From the NCBI GenBank assembly GCA_041690135.1, contig JAWLHY010000001.1, positions 224,001-288,000 on the forward strand: a DNA stretch of 64,000 nt. The letters run 5' to 3'. Shown piece after piece: positions 10,674 to 20,303 of the stretch. Both the position numbers and the translations under genes were made by a program. Every line of letters begins with the position of its first letter. Position 1 is the stretch's first letter. The DNA comes from Armatimonadota bacterium (GTDB taxonomy: Bacteria; Armatimonadota; SYMT01). Below the pieces are notes generated by a model. That model did no database searches and was not told the DNA's origin. It saw nothing but the letters and a program-made list of their open reading frames with translations.

Positions 10674-11015
10674 CTACTGGATGGCCGCTTCGCCCCGCTC
10701 GCCGGTCCGCACGCGGACCGCGTCGGCGATCGGGATGAGGAAGATCTTCCCGTCACCCACTTCGCCCGTGCGGCCCACCGTGACGATGGCATCGATGGCC
10801 GCATCTAACTGCGCGTCGGGGACTACCGCTTCGAGCTTCACCTTCTCCAGCAGGTTCACCCGGTATTCCGCGCCCCGGTAGCGATGCACGTAGCCCCGCT
10901 GCTGGCCGGCCCCGCGGACTTCCATCACGGTGATGCCGCTGACGCCGATCTCGTCCAGTGCGCTCTTCACGTCGTCCAGTTTCTCCGGCCGGATAACCGC
11001 TTCGATCTTGACCAT
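10674..11015 (-). CDS. glnK: PII nitrogen regulatory protein, Amt-linked
   Basis: MVKIEAVIRP, T-loop YRGAEY, TGEVGDGKIF, RVRTGERG; directly after amtB. Confidence 0.93.
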   Translation of the reverse strand: MVKIEAVIRPEKLDDVKSALDEIGVSGITVMEVRGAGQQRGYVHRYRGAEYRVNLLEKVKLEAVVPDAQLDAAIDAIVTVGRTGEVGDGKIFLIPIADAVRVRTGERGEAAIQ

Positions 11016-11016
11016 G

Positions 11017-12555
11017 TTACGCCTCCGTGGCCGCCACGGCGCCCGCCGGAACGCCTGCCGGCTTGCCGCCGGTGACGCCCGCCAGACCGTATCCGCCGTG
11101 GGAAGTGGGGTCCATCGCGAAGTCCGGGTAAGCGCGGTTGTCGTGCTCGGAGAGGTCGAGACCTTCCAGTTCCTCTTCCTTCGTCACGCGCAGGCCGATG
11201 GTGGCAGCGATGACCTTAAAGAGAATCAAGCAGAGACCGAACGACCAGATGAACGCGGCTCCAACCCCCCACATCTGGGCGATCAACTGCGTCGCACCGC
11301 CGCCGAAGAAGAGGCCTTTCACGTTCTCGTTGATCGCGCCGTCCGCGAAGAGGCCGACAGCCAGTGTGCCCCACGCTCCGCAAACGCCGTGGACCGAGAT
11401 GGCGCCCACCGGGTCGTCGATGCCGCGGCGCTCGAAGAAGAGCACGGCGCCGAAGACCAGCACGCCCGCCACCAGGCCGGTGACGATGGACCCCACCGCA
11501 CTGAGGTTGGCGCAGCCGGCCGTGATGCCGACGAGCCCCGCGAGGGCGCCGTTCATCGTCATGCTCATGTCCGGCTTCTTGAACATCGCCCAGGAGATGA
11601 TCATGGCGGAGATCGCGCCCGCGGCGGCGGACAGGTTCGTCATCACCGCGATCCGCGCCATATCCAGGTTGGTTCCGGAGGTCGTGCTACCTGCGTTGAA
11701 CCCGAACCAGCCAAACCACAGGATGAAGACACCCAGGGCGGCCATCGGCAGGTTGTGGCCTGGGATGGCGACCGGCTTACCGTCGCGATACTTGCCGATG
11801 CGGGGGCCGAGAACCAGAGCGCCGGCGAGAGCTGCCCAGCCGCCGATGGAGTGAACCACCGTCGAACCGGCGAAGTCCACGAAGCCCTTAGCGGTGAGCC
11901 AGGTGGAGTTGTCCGTATTGTACAGGTTGCCCCACGCCCAGCCGCCGAAGATCGGGTAGATGACGGCGCTGATGACGGCGCTGTAAACCAGGTAGGCCAC
12001 GAACTTGGTCCGCTCCGCCATCGCCCCGGAGACGATGGTGGCGGCCGTGGCGGCGAACACCACCTGGAACATCCAGAAGGCGAAGAACCACTTGTCGTCG
12101 GAGACGCCGTTGAAGAAGAACCCGTTGGTTCCGATCCAGCCACCTGTGGAAGCGCTGACGCCGAACATCAAGCCGAACCCGATGGCCCAGAACGCGATGG
12201 TGCCCACCGCGAAGTCCATCGTGTTTTTCATCATGATGTTCACGGCGCTCTTGGCGCGGGTGAAACCGGCCTCGACCATGGCGAAGCCGGCCTGCATGAA
12301 AAAGACCAGAAAGGCCGCGACGAGAGTCCAGACGTAGTTCACGCCGTCAGTGACCGCGGTCACCTTCTCATCAACCTTTTCCAGGGTCAGGGCGTCCTCC
12401 GCCGGAGCGGGAGCCGGGGCGGCAGCGGCGGGTTCGGTCGGGGCCGGGGCATCCTGCGACCATGCCGGCTGGGCAAACATGGCGGTGAGCGTGAGAACGC
12501 CGGTTAGCATAACTGCCCAGGCGCCGCGCCGCGTCAGAGATAGACGATCGGTCAT
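11017..12555 (-). CDS. amtB: Ammonium transporter
   Basis: FMQAGFAMVE, IVSGAMAER, DFAGSTVVH, WFGWFGFN, DDPVGAISVHG (both pore His present); signal peptide and Pro/Ala linker; ATG 12555 after GAGGAG. Confidence 0.96.
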   Translation of the reverse strand: MTDRLSLTRRGAWAVMLTGVLTLTAMFAQPAWSQDAPAPTEPAAAAPAPAPAEDALTLEKVDEKVTAVTDGVNYVWTLVAAFLVFFMQAGFAMVEAGFTRAKSAVNIMMKNTMDFAVGTIAFWAIGFGLMFGVSASTGGWIGTNGFFFNGVSDDKWFFAFWMFQVVFAATAATIVSGAMAERTKFVAYLVYSAVISAVIYPIFGGWAWGNLYNTDNSTWLTAKGFVDFAGSTVVHSIGGWAALAGALVLGPRIGKYRDGKPVAIPGHNLPMAALGVFILWFGWFGFNAGSTTSGTNLDMARIAVMTNLSAAAGAISAMIISWAMFKKPDMSMTMNGALAGLVGITAGCANLSAVGSIVTGLVAGVLVFGAVLFFERRGIDDPVGAISVHGVCGAWGTLAVGLFADGAINENVKGLFFGGGATQLIAQMWGVGAAFIWSFGLCLILFKVIAATIGLRVTKEEELEGLDLSEHDNRAYPDFAMDPTSHGGYGLAGVTGGKPAGVPAGAVAATEA

Positions 12556-12877
12556 CTGCTGTTCTCCTCGAGAGAAATCGGTCCGTCGCACCTGGGGTGC
12601 GTCGGAGCTTGGCTACATCGTCGTTCGGAGGCAGGGTCGGCGCTGACCGCTGAAAACCTGTCAAACCTTATGTGCGTAAGCGGAGCCGCTACGGCTGTCC
12701 GCTCTTGTTCCGGAGTGTTGCCTGGTTGGGGAGGGGGAGACGGTACTGCATCGCCCGCCCTCCCTACTACCCAGGGCAGTTCCGTTATCCTGAATGCTCA
12801 TCGCTCTGGCGCCCTTTCCATCACCCACTTCGTGGGTACCCGACGCATGCGCCAGGGCTTTTCTGTGTGGGCGTCAA

Positions 12878-12926
12878 GTCCGGGGGCTCGCGCCCCCGGC
12901 TATCCTCTCTTCGCCCCTCCGGGGCT
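12878..12926. repeat. REP-like double-hairpin repeat, copy 1
   Basis: 43/49 identical to 28941-28989; hairpins CCGGGGG..CCCCCGG and GCCCC-TCC-GGGGC. Confidence 0.75.
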
Positions 12927-12998
12927 ACGGGGCGGTTCTCACCGAGAACTGAACCGCTCTGCCCAGGTACCCGCCCCCCAGGGGGGAAGCGAGTTTTC

Positions 12999-14204
12999 CT
13001 AGTACTGGAAGATCTGGGAGATGATGAACGTTCCCTGGTCGCCGGTGAAAGTGCCGCGGCGTTCGTCCGCGATGAGGTCCGCGCCGCCCACCAGGTCGTG
13101 CCGGTACTCCAGCTTGGTGTGCGTGTACTTGTTCCAGATCTTGGTGTAGCCCACCGTGAACGAGTAGGCGGTGGAGTCATCTCCGAACACGGCGCCGTCT
13201 TCGTCCGTCAGCCACTCCAGTCGGCCGGCCACGTAAGAGGTGGGATCGAGCACGTACTTGCCCTGGGCAGCCAGGCCGTACCACTTGATGCTGCCCTGCT
13301 GGGCGTAGTCGAAGTTGAGCGTGTAGGAGGTCTTCTCGCTGGGGTTGTAAAGGGCCACCAGGTCGATCAGGCTCCGGTAGCTCTTGCTGTTCAGCGCGAT
13401 TTCCTCGCCGCCGTAGTAGTTGCCCACCAGGGTCAGCTTCGGGCTCATCGTCTTGCTGGCCGCAATGAAGAAGCCGGGATCATGACCCGGGCTGCCGACG
13501 GCGTTCCAGCCGCGGTGGATACCTGCCGCGTAGTAGTCCGTATCGTTCACGTAGTGAAAGACCCGAGCGCCCGTGTGGAAGAACGGCTGCGCCCAGTTGA
13601 AGATGAGGCCGCGGCTGTAAAGCCAGTTATCCTTCGGCTCCAGCACCTCGGCGCCGGCCGTGGTGTTCCACTTACCGAAGTCGATGTAGGTTCGTCCGTC
13701 CTTCGACAGGTTGGCGCTCACGTAGAGCTGCTGAACGTGCTGCCAGATCTCGTCATCCGAAGGCTCCAGCGCGTGGAACAGGTGGGCCGTGGGGCCGAAG
13801 AGCAGATCGACGCGGAAGCCCAGCACATCGTTTCCGCGGGCGCCCTGCGCCCAGAGGTCGATCAGGCCGAGGTGGACCCCCTGCTCGTCCTCCACGTCGA
13901 ACGCGCGGAGGGCGTTCATCCCGGTCCACGGATTGTTCAGGTTGCTGGCGAAGTAGAAGTCGGCCGAAGCACCGTAGGTCACGGAAGGGGTAGCGGCCTC
14001 TGCCTCGGCGGCGGTAGCGGCGGCGGGTTCCTCCTTCTTCTCCTCACCCTGCCCGATGGCCGTGAACGGCAGCAGGCTGTTCTGCGCCAGGAAGACGGGC
14101 TTCCTGGAGGCAGACGGGGCAGTGCTCCTTTCCTCATCAGCTTGCACCGGCGCCGCGCCGACCACGAGGGCGGCGGAGGCGGCGATAAGCCAGTGTCTCT
14201 TCAT
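12999..14204 (-). CDS. Outer-membrane beta-barrel protein (putative porin, BBP2/OmpL-like)
   Basis: Signal peptide, amphipathic strands, GKWNTTAGAEV..NWLYSRG..PFFHTG pattern, terminal aromatic residue (IFQY). Confidence 0.75.
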   Translation of the reverse strand: MKRHWLIAASAALVVGAAPVQADEERSTAPSASRKPVFLAQNSLLPFTAIGQGEEKKEEPAAATAAEAEAATPSVTYGASADFYFASNLNNPWTGMNALRAFDVEDEQGVHLGLIDLWAQGARGNDVLGFRVDLLFGPTAHLFHALEPSDDEIWQHVQQLYVSANLSKDGRTYIDFGKWNTTAGAEVLEPKDNWLYSRGLIFNWAQPFFHTGARVFHYVNDTDYYAAGIHRGWNAVGSPGHDPGFFIAASKTMSPKLTLVGNYYGGEEIALNSKSYRSLIDLVALYNPSEKTSYTLNFDYAQQGSIKWYGLAAQGKYVLDPTSYVAGRLEWLTDEDGAVFGDDSTAYSFTVGYTKIWNKYTHTKLEYRHDLVGGADLIADERRGTFTGDQGTFIISQIFQY

Positions 14205-14284
14205 TGTTCGTTCCTCTCTCTAGCGGGCGCCAACCCGCGCCCGTGGGACCGGGGTTTCCGTGTTGCCCCCAGATCCGGATGCCC

Positions 14285-14809
14285 CTACGCCTCGGCCGCC
14301 AGCTGGCGGAACCCCTCGCGAATCTTGCGCACGTGGTAGGACACGTTCGCCGCCGTGCAGCCGAGCGATTGGGCCAATTCTTCCTGCATATATCCCTGAA
14401 GCAGGCCGCGCAGGATCTGCTGCTGCGGCCCGCGCAGGCGGGACGACAGCTCGCGAGCGACCCAGCGGCTGCAAACTTCCTCTTCAAACGCCACCCGGTC
14501 CGGCACGGCCGCGTTCACGTCGAGCGACTCGGCCCGCTCCCGCTCCGACCGGCGGATGGCCTCGAGCAACCGCCACTTGCCGCGGAGGAACAGGTAGCAG
14601 AGGGGATCGCCGATGGTGACGTCGACCTGCTGAAGGCCGATCATCATGCCCAGCCACATCTCCTGCTGCAGGTCCTCCCGATCCATGCCGGTGAGGCTGG
14701 CGTAGTGTCCCGCCGTGCGGACCACCCGGTCGCGCAGCAGATCGGAGATCTGCTCCCGCGCCATGTGATCGCCCTGCCTCGCTCGCTCGATGACCTGACC
14801 TAACGACAT
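14285..14809 (-). CDS. Sigma-70 family ECF-type RNA polymerase sigma factor
   Basis: 174 aa; IERARQGD start, region 2 (REDLQQEMW), region 4 HTH (GYMQEELAQSLGCTAANVSYHVRKIR). Confidence 0.8.
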   Translation of the reverse strand: MSLGQVIERARQGDHMAREQISDLLRDRVVRTAGHYASLTGMDREDLQQEMWLGMMIGLQQVDVTIGDPLCYLFLRGKWRLLEAIRRSERERAESLDVNAAVPDRVAFEEEVCSRWVARELSSRLRGPQQQILRGLLQGYMQEELAQSLGCTAANVSYHVRKIREGFRQLAAEA

Positions 14810-15074
14810 AGTTGACCTCGCTGCTTCTTACCGGTTGACCATCCCACCGGCTGACCTCGCCGGGTTGATGCCATGCTTCATTGCCTGGCGAGTTCGAGGT
14901 AAGTGTAGGTCGGACAAATTACGTGGTTGCTTCTCCGCCGTTACAGGCGGATATCTTTCGTGTTAAGTCCATGTTTCCGAATGGGGGAAGTGCCACTAAG
15001 CTGTGCCTGCCTGTCCGCGCGGGCGGGAAATCGGGTATGATGATGCCCGTATGCACAGCAAGGGGTGAAACAGC

Positions 15075-15413
15075 ATGGTCAAGGTTGAAGCCATCATCCG
15101 GCCCGAACGGTTCGAGGACGTGAACGCGGCGCTCACCGACCTGGGCATCGTGGGGATGACCACCAGCGAGGTCCGGGGCTGCGGGCGACAGCGAGGGTAT
15201 GTGGAGCGCTACCGCGGGATGGAGTATGAAGTCCGGCTGCTCCCGAAGATGAAGCTGGAGGTCGTGCTCCGCGACGACCAGGTCGACGATGCGGTCAAGG
15301 TGATCCAGGAGGCCGGACGCACCGGCGAGGTCGGCGACGGAAAGATCTTCCTCTCCCGGATCGACGACGCCGTGCGTATCCGGACCGGGGAGCGCGGCGA
15401 AGCCGCCCTGTAA
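15075..15413 (+). CDS. glnB: PII nitrogen regulatory protein, second paralog
   Basis: MVKVEAIIRP, GCGRQRG, YRGMEY, TGEVGDGKIF, RIRTGERG. Confidence 0.92.
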   Translation: MVKVEAIIRPERFEDVNAALTDLGIVGMTTSEVRGCGRQRGYVERYRGMEYEVRLLPKMKLEVVLRDDQVDDAVKVIQEAGRTGEVGDGKIFLSRIDDAVRIRTGERGEAAL

Positions 15414-15426
15414 AGGCCGGCAGGTC

Positions 15427-18400
15427 GTGGACTGGCTCCCGCTCCTTTCTCCCGAAGCCGCCGCGGTGCTGGGCTTGCCGGCGCTTCGGGACTCCGCCCG
15501 GGTGCGCCGCTCGCTCGACGCGCTAACCCGAAGGATCGGCCCACCGCACGTCGCCATCCCCATCCTGGAAGCGATCCTGGAGACGCTTCCGGAGGCCGCG
15601 GACCCGGAGATGGCGCTGGTGAACCTAGAGCGGTGGGTGGCCGGTCTCGCTGCTCCGGTCGGTACGCTCACGCTGTTCCGGGAAGATCCCCGTCTCCGGG
15701 GGGATGTCGTCCGCCTCTTCGGAGCGAGCCAGTACCTGGCGGAGATCCTGATCCGCGATCCGTGGCTCCACAGCCTCTTCCTCGAAGCCCCGGCGCCGCG
15801 CAGCCACGAGGATTACCACCGGATCGTGGCGGGCGCGCTGCGTCCCCTCCGCCGGCCCGAGACCCGCATCGACGCCCTGCGCCGGGTGAAGCGCCGCGAG
15901 TTCTTACGGATCGGCTGGCGCGACCTGGCCCGCGGGGCCGCCGTGGAGGAGACGATCGGCGAAATCTCGGACCTGGCCGATGCGCTGATCGTCGGCGCTC
16001 TCCAACTGGCGGAGGAAGCCGTGGCCCCGCGGTTTGCGACCGCGAGCGCGCAGGTGAAGTTCTGCGTGCTCGCCCTGGGCAAACTGGGGGCGCGCGAGCT
16101 GAACTACAGCAGCGACGTGGACCTGGTATTCGTGATGGACAGCCCGACCCCTCACGACGATAGCCACCGCCGCTACGCCATTCGGCTCGCCGAGAATCTG
16201 ATCCAGACGCTTTCCCGGGAGACGGGGGAGGGGCGCTGCTTCCGGGTGGACATGCGTCTCCGGCCCGAAGGGCGCTCCGGCGCGCTGGTCCGCTCGCTGG
16301 GCGCCTTTCGCCAGTATTACGACCGCTGGGCCGAGACATGGGAGCGGCAGGCCCTCATCAAGGCCCGTCCCGTGGCGGGGGATGCGGAGCTCGGCCGGCG
16401 TTTCATGGACTTGGTCCGGCCCGTGGTCTACCGTCGTCTGCAGGGCGCGACGCTGCTGGAGGACGTACGGGAGATGCGTTTGGCGGTCGAACGGAAGCTG
16501 GAGTCTACGGGCGGTCTCGACGATCACGTGAAGGAAGGCCGCGGTACCATTCGGGAAGTGGAGTTCCCGGTGCAGCTCCTTCAGCTCCTGTTCGGTGCGG
16601 ATCGCCCCGCCCTGCAGGTGCCGGATACACTGACCGCCCTCGCCCGTCTCGAGCAAGAAGGGCTCTTGACCGCGGCGGAGCGGCTTACGTTCGCAACTGG
16701 CTATCGCTTCTTCCGGGTGGTGGAGCACCGGCTCCAGACGCTGCACGATCTCCCGGTGCGGCGTTTGCCACCGGATCCGGCGGACCTTCAGCGCCTGGCG
16801 CGGAGCTCGCCGCGACCGGACTACCTCCTGAACCCGGTGGGGGAGAGGCCGGACTGCTTCGAGGATGCCCACGAATTCCTGGAGACCTTCCGTACGCAGG
16901 CAGAGTGCGTGCACGTCCTGGCCCAGGAAGTCCATCGACGCCTCGGCGTGAGCACCGGGGCCGAGGGAGACGAATTCCGCGCCGCCGTACTATCCGCCGA
17001 CACTGCTGAAGGGGAAGCCGCGCTGCGGGCGGAATGGGTCCGTCGCGGCTTTCCGGAGCCGGAAACGGCCGTGCCGGCTCTCGTCCGGCTGGCTTCCGGC
17101 TCGGCTCAATATCGCCACCCCTCGACCACCCGGCGTCTCTTCGCCGACCTGGCGCCCGCGCTCCTGGAGGCCTGTGCCGAAGCGGCCGACCCGGCGTGGG
17201 CGGTCGAAGGAATGGCCGACTTTTCGGACCGCAAGGTGCTGCACCGGGCTCTGTACCAGACCTTGATCGAGCATCCTGGATCCCTACACGCCCTCACCCG
17301 TTTCGCGGGCAACGCTCCGACCGCCATGCGGACGGTGTTGCGGTTCCCCGAATGGTCGGACGTGGTAACGGACCAGGAGCAGCTCCAGCGGCGCCGGACG
17401 TGCGAGGAATTGGCGGAGGACCTGCGGGGCCGCTTGGAGGCCGACGGCGGCTACGAGCGGCGTCTTTCGGTGCTCCGGCGTTTCAAGTTGCGCGAGTGGG
17501 TGCGGCTCGCCGCCCGCTGCGTGCTGGAAGCCGTTCCCCCGGAGTTAGTGACCGAAGAGTGGTCGGACGTGGCCGACGTGCTGGTGAGGGCCGCTCTCGA
17601 ACTTGCCGTGAGCCACGCGCGGTCTGCCGGGCGGTGGCGGCAAGTGGGGTGCGGCGGCCTGGGCGTGTTCGCGCTCGGGCGCCTGGGTGGCCGGGACCTC
17701 CACTTCGCTTCGGATCTTGATCTGCTATTCGTGCACGATTCCTCGGGAGGCGTTCCGCACCAGGAGTACGAGGCGCTGGCCCGGGCGTTCGGCGACGTAC
17801 TGTCGCGGGTCACCGAGGAAGGAAAGCTGTTCGAGACCGACCTCCGTCTCCGGCCGGAAGGTCGCCAGGGATCGCAGGTCGTGAGCCTGGAAGCGGTCCG
17901 TCGCTACTACGGGCCGGAAGGGCGTGCTCAGACCTGGGAGTTCCAGTCCCTCACTCGGCTCCGCTTCGTGGCCGGCAGCGCGGCTACCGCTGTGCAGCTT
18001 CATGAAACGCTCACCCCCCGCATCTTCCGGGACCCGATGCCGGCCGAGTGGCAAGCGGAGATCCGCACCATGCGCCGCCGCATGGAACTGGAGCGGGTCC
18101 CGGAGGCGGAGCGACCTTACCACCTGAAACTGGGTCCCGGTGGGCTGGCGGACGTGGAGTTCCTCGTGCAGTTCCTCCAACTGCGGCATGGGGCGGACCA
18201 TCCGGAGTTGCGCGGCACGCGGACCCTTCAACTCCTGGATGCACTCCGGGACGCCGGCATTCTGGATGATGTTGATTTCCAAGCTTGTCGCGAGGATTTC
18301 CTGTTCCTGACGCGCCTGCGGCAGTCCCTCACCCTTCTCGCCCCCGACCGCGACAGTGACCGGCTGCCTGCACCGGAGCGAGAGCCGCGACTGGCCACGG

Positions 18401-18507
18401 CACTGGCTCGGGCAATGGGCTACTCGAACAGCGCGGAGTTGGAGTCGGCTTATCGAGCCACCACCGGCGAGGTACGCAAAGTCTTCGCTCGGCATCTGGG
18501 TGCGTGA
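15427..18507 (+). CDS. glnE: Glutamine synthetase adenylyltransferase/adenylyl-removing enzyme
   Basis: Two nucleotidyltransferase domains (LGKLGARELNYSSDVDL; LGRLGGRDLHFASDLDL), DMRLRPEG/DLRLRPEG, WERQALIKAR, LKLGPGGLADVEF. Confidence 0.95.
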   Translation: MDWLPLLSPEAAAVLGLPALRDSARVRRSLDALTRRIGPPHVAIPILEAILETLPEAADPEMALVNLERWVAGLAAPVGTLTLFREDPRLRGDVVRLFGASQYLAEILIRDPWLHSLFLEAPAPRSHEDYHRIVAGALRPLRRPETRIDALRRVKRREFLRIGWRDLARGAAVEETIGEISDLADALIVGALQLAEEAVAPRFATASAQVKFCVLALGKLGARELNYSSDVDLVFVMDSPTPHDDSHRRYAIRLAENLIQTLSRETGEGRCFRVDMRLRPEGRSGALVRSLGAFRQYYDRWAETWERQALIKARPVAGDAELGRRFMDLVRPVVYRRLQGATLLEDVREMRLAVERKLESTGGLDDHVKEGRGTIREVEFPVQLLQLLFGADRPALQVPDTLTALARLEQEGLLTAAERLTFATGYRFFRVVEHRLQTLHDLPVRRLPPDPADLQRLARSSPRPDYLLNPVGERPDCFEDAHEFLETFRTQAECVHVLAQEVHRRLGVSTGAEGDEFRAAVLSADTAEGEAALRAEWVRRGFPEPETAVPALVRLASGSAQYRHPSTTRRLFADLAPALLEACAEAADPAWAVEGMADFSDRKVLHRALYQTLIEHPGSLHALTRFAGNAPTAMRTVLRFPEWSDVVTDQEQLQRRRTCEELAEDLRGRLEADGGYERRLSVLRRFKLREWVRLAARCVLEAVPPELVTEEWSDVADVLVRAALELAVSHARSAGRWRQVGCGGLGVFALGRLGGRDLHFASDLDLLFVHDSSGGVPHQEYEALARAFGDVLSRVTEEGKLFETDLRLRPEGRQGSQVVSLEAVRRYYGPEGRAQTWEFQSLTRLRFVAGSAATAVQLHETLTPRIFRDPMPAEWQAEIRTMRRRMELERVPEAERPYHLKLGPGGLADVEFLVQFLQLRHGADHPELRGTRTLQLLDALRDAGILDDVDFQACREDFLFLTRLRQSLTLLAPDRDSDRLPAPEREPRLATALARAMGYSNSAELESAYRATTGEVRKVFARHLGA

Positions 18508-18534
18508 AATCGGAGGCCTTTGGCACCGTTGCCC

Positions 18535-20190
18535 GGAGTCCCGCTGCGAGCAGAAGCCCTCCACAGTGACTATCCAACTCGCGATCTCCGGACCCGATAC
18601 CCGGCCTTGTCTCTCCGGATGGGTCCTGTACCTTGACGGAGTCCCGCTGCGAGGCGGGCCTTCGCGATCTTGAAGTAGGAGCCCGTGCTGATCCACGGCA
18701 ATTCCGTTTTGATATCAGTAGCCGCCGAGTCCCCCACTTCGCGAGAGTTACTTCAGGTTCCCGTGGTGGAGAAGCGGTTCGGCTCCAGTTGTGTGTCTCG
18801 GTGGACCCGTACGGGCACCCTTGACGCGGATCGCAAAGGCCCCCAAAAAGGCATTGGGTAGTCGCGATGCCTCATGACGGGATCCGGATACCACCAGTCG
18901 CGAAGGCCCGCCTCGCAGCGGGACTCCGTCATGGATTCCCACGGATCCTTTTCGACCAGGTTAGGTACCGGATGCGGAGATCGCCAACTGGTTGATTCCC
19001 GCTGGTTGGCAGTGGGTAAGCTCGGCTTCGGAATCGGCACTGGATGAACAGGATGATCATAGGGTCATCCCCGGAGTCCCGTTGGGAGGCGGGCCTTCAA
19101 AGGTGTCTACCAACTCGCGATCTCAGCACCCGATACCCGGCCTAGTCTCTCCGGATGGGTCCTGTACCTTGACGGAGTCCCGCTGCGAGGCGGGTCTTCG
19201 CGATCTTGAAGTAGGAGCCCGTGCTGATCCACGGCAACTCCGTTTTGATATCAGTAGCCGCCGAGTCCCCCACTTCGCGAGAGTTACTTCAGGTTCCCGT
19301 GGTGGAGAAGCGGTTCGGCTCCGGTGGTGAGTCTCGGTGGACCGGAGCGGGCACCCTTGACGTGGATCGCAAAGGCCCCCAAAAAGGCATTGGGTAGTCG
19401 CGATGCCTCATGACGGGATCCGGATACCACCAGTCGCGAAGGCCCGCCTCCCAGCGGGACTCCGTCAAGAACCAGAACCAGAGGGTACAGACAAAGCCAG
19501 GTGCCGGATGCCGAGGTCGCAAACGGGCCGCCTCCCTCCGGTTGGCAGAGGTAGGATCGGGCTCGGAAGCGGCACCGGATATACGCTAGGGTCACAGGCT
19601 CATGCCCGGAGTCCCGCTGCCGGATGCCGGGTACCCGCGTGCGGGTGAGGATGCGGGCCTTCAACAGTGACTACCCAACTCGCAATCTCAGCACTTGATC
19701 CCCGGCCTGGTCTCTCTGGATGGGTCCTGTTCCATGACGGAGTCCCGCTGCGAGGCGGGCCTTCGCGATCTTGAAGTAGGAGCCCGTGCTGATCCACGGC
19801 AATTCCGTTTTGACTTCAGTAGCCGCCGAGTCCCCCACTTCGCGAGAGTTACTTCAGGTTCCCGTGGTGGAGAAGCGGTTCGGCTCCGGTGGTGAGTCTC
19901 GGTGGACCGGAGCGGGCACCCTTGACGTGGATCGCAAAAGTCCCCAAGAGGCACTCGGCAGTCGCCATCCATCACGGTGGGATCCGGATATTGCCGATCG
20001 CGAAGGCCCGCCTCCCAGCGGGACTCCGTCAAGAACCAGAATCGGTCGTCAGAGATCAGAACGGGATCCGGACACTACGGATCGCGAAGGCCGACGCCCA
20101 CACCCGCTGGCGGGTACCCGGCACCCGGCAGCGGGACTCCGTTATGGGTCCCGACGGGGTCCCTTAGGGCGAGGACGGGTGCCGGATGCT
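18535..20190. repeat. Tandem array of three ~537-bp non-coding units, each with a ~298-bp core bounded by 34-bp inverted repeats
   Basis: Units begin at GGAGTCCC 18535, 19073, 19608; cores 18634-18931, 19170-19467, 19735-20031 bounded by TGACGGAGTCCCGCTGCGAGGCGGGCCTTCGCGA and its reverse complement. Confidence 0.92.
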
Positions 20191-20303
20191 GAGATCGCCA
20201 GGTACTTCCAGTTCCCGCCAAGGCACAACTGCCAGAGGACATGTTGCACTCGCCAGCGAAGAGGCCAGGAGAAGTTTTCTTCCTACATGCTGGAGTTTGT
20301 GTC

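Noticed and set aside
12636-12664. Sigma-70 promoter for amtB (TTGACA on the minus strand at 12659-12664)
   Set aside because: No credible -10 hexamer at 16-18 bp spacing.
18535-20190. CRISPR array interpretation of the 34-bp repeats
   Set aside because: Repeats alternate in orientation, intervening sequences are 70-230 bp and are themselves repeated, and no cas genes are present.
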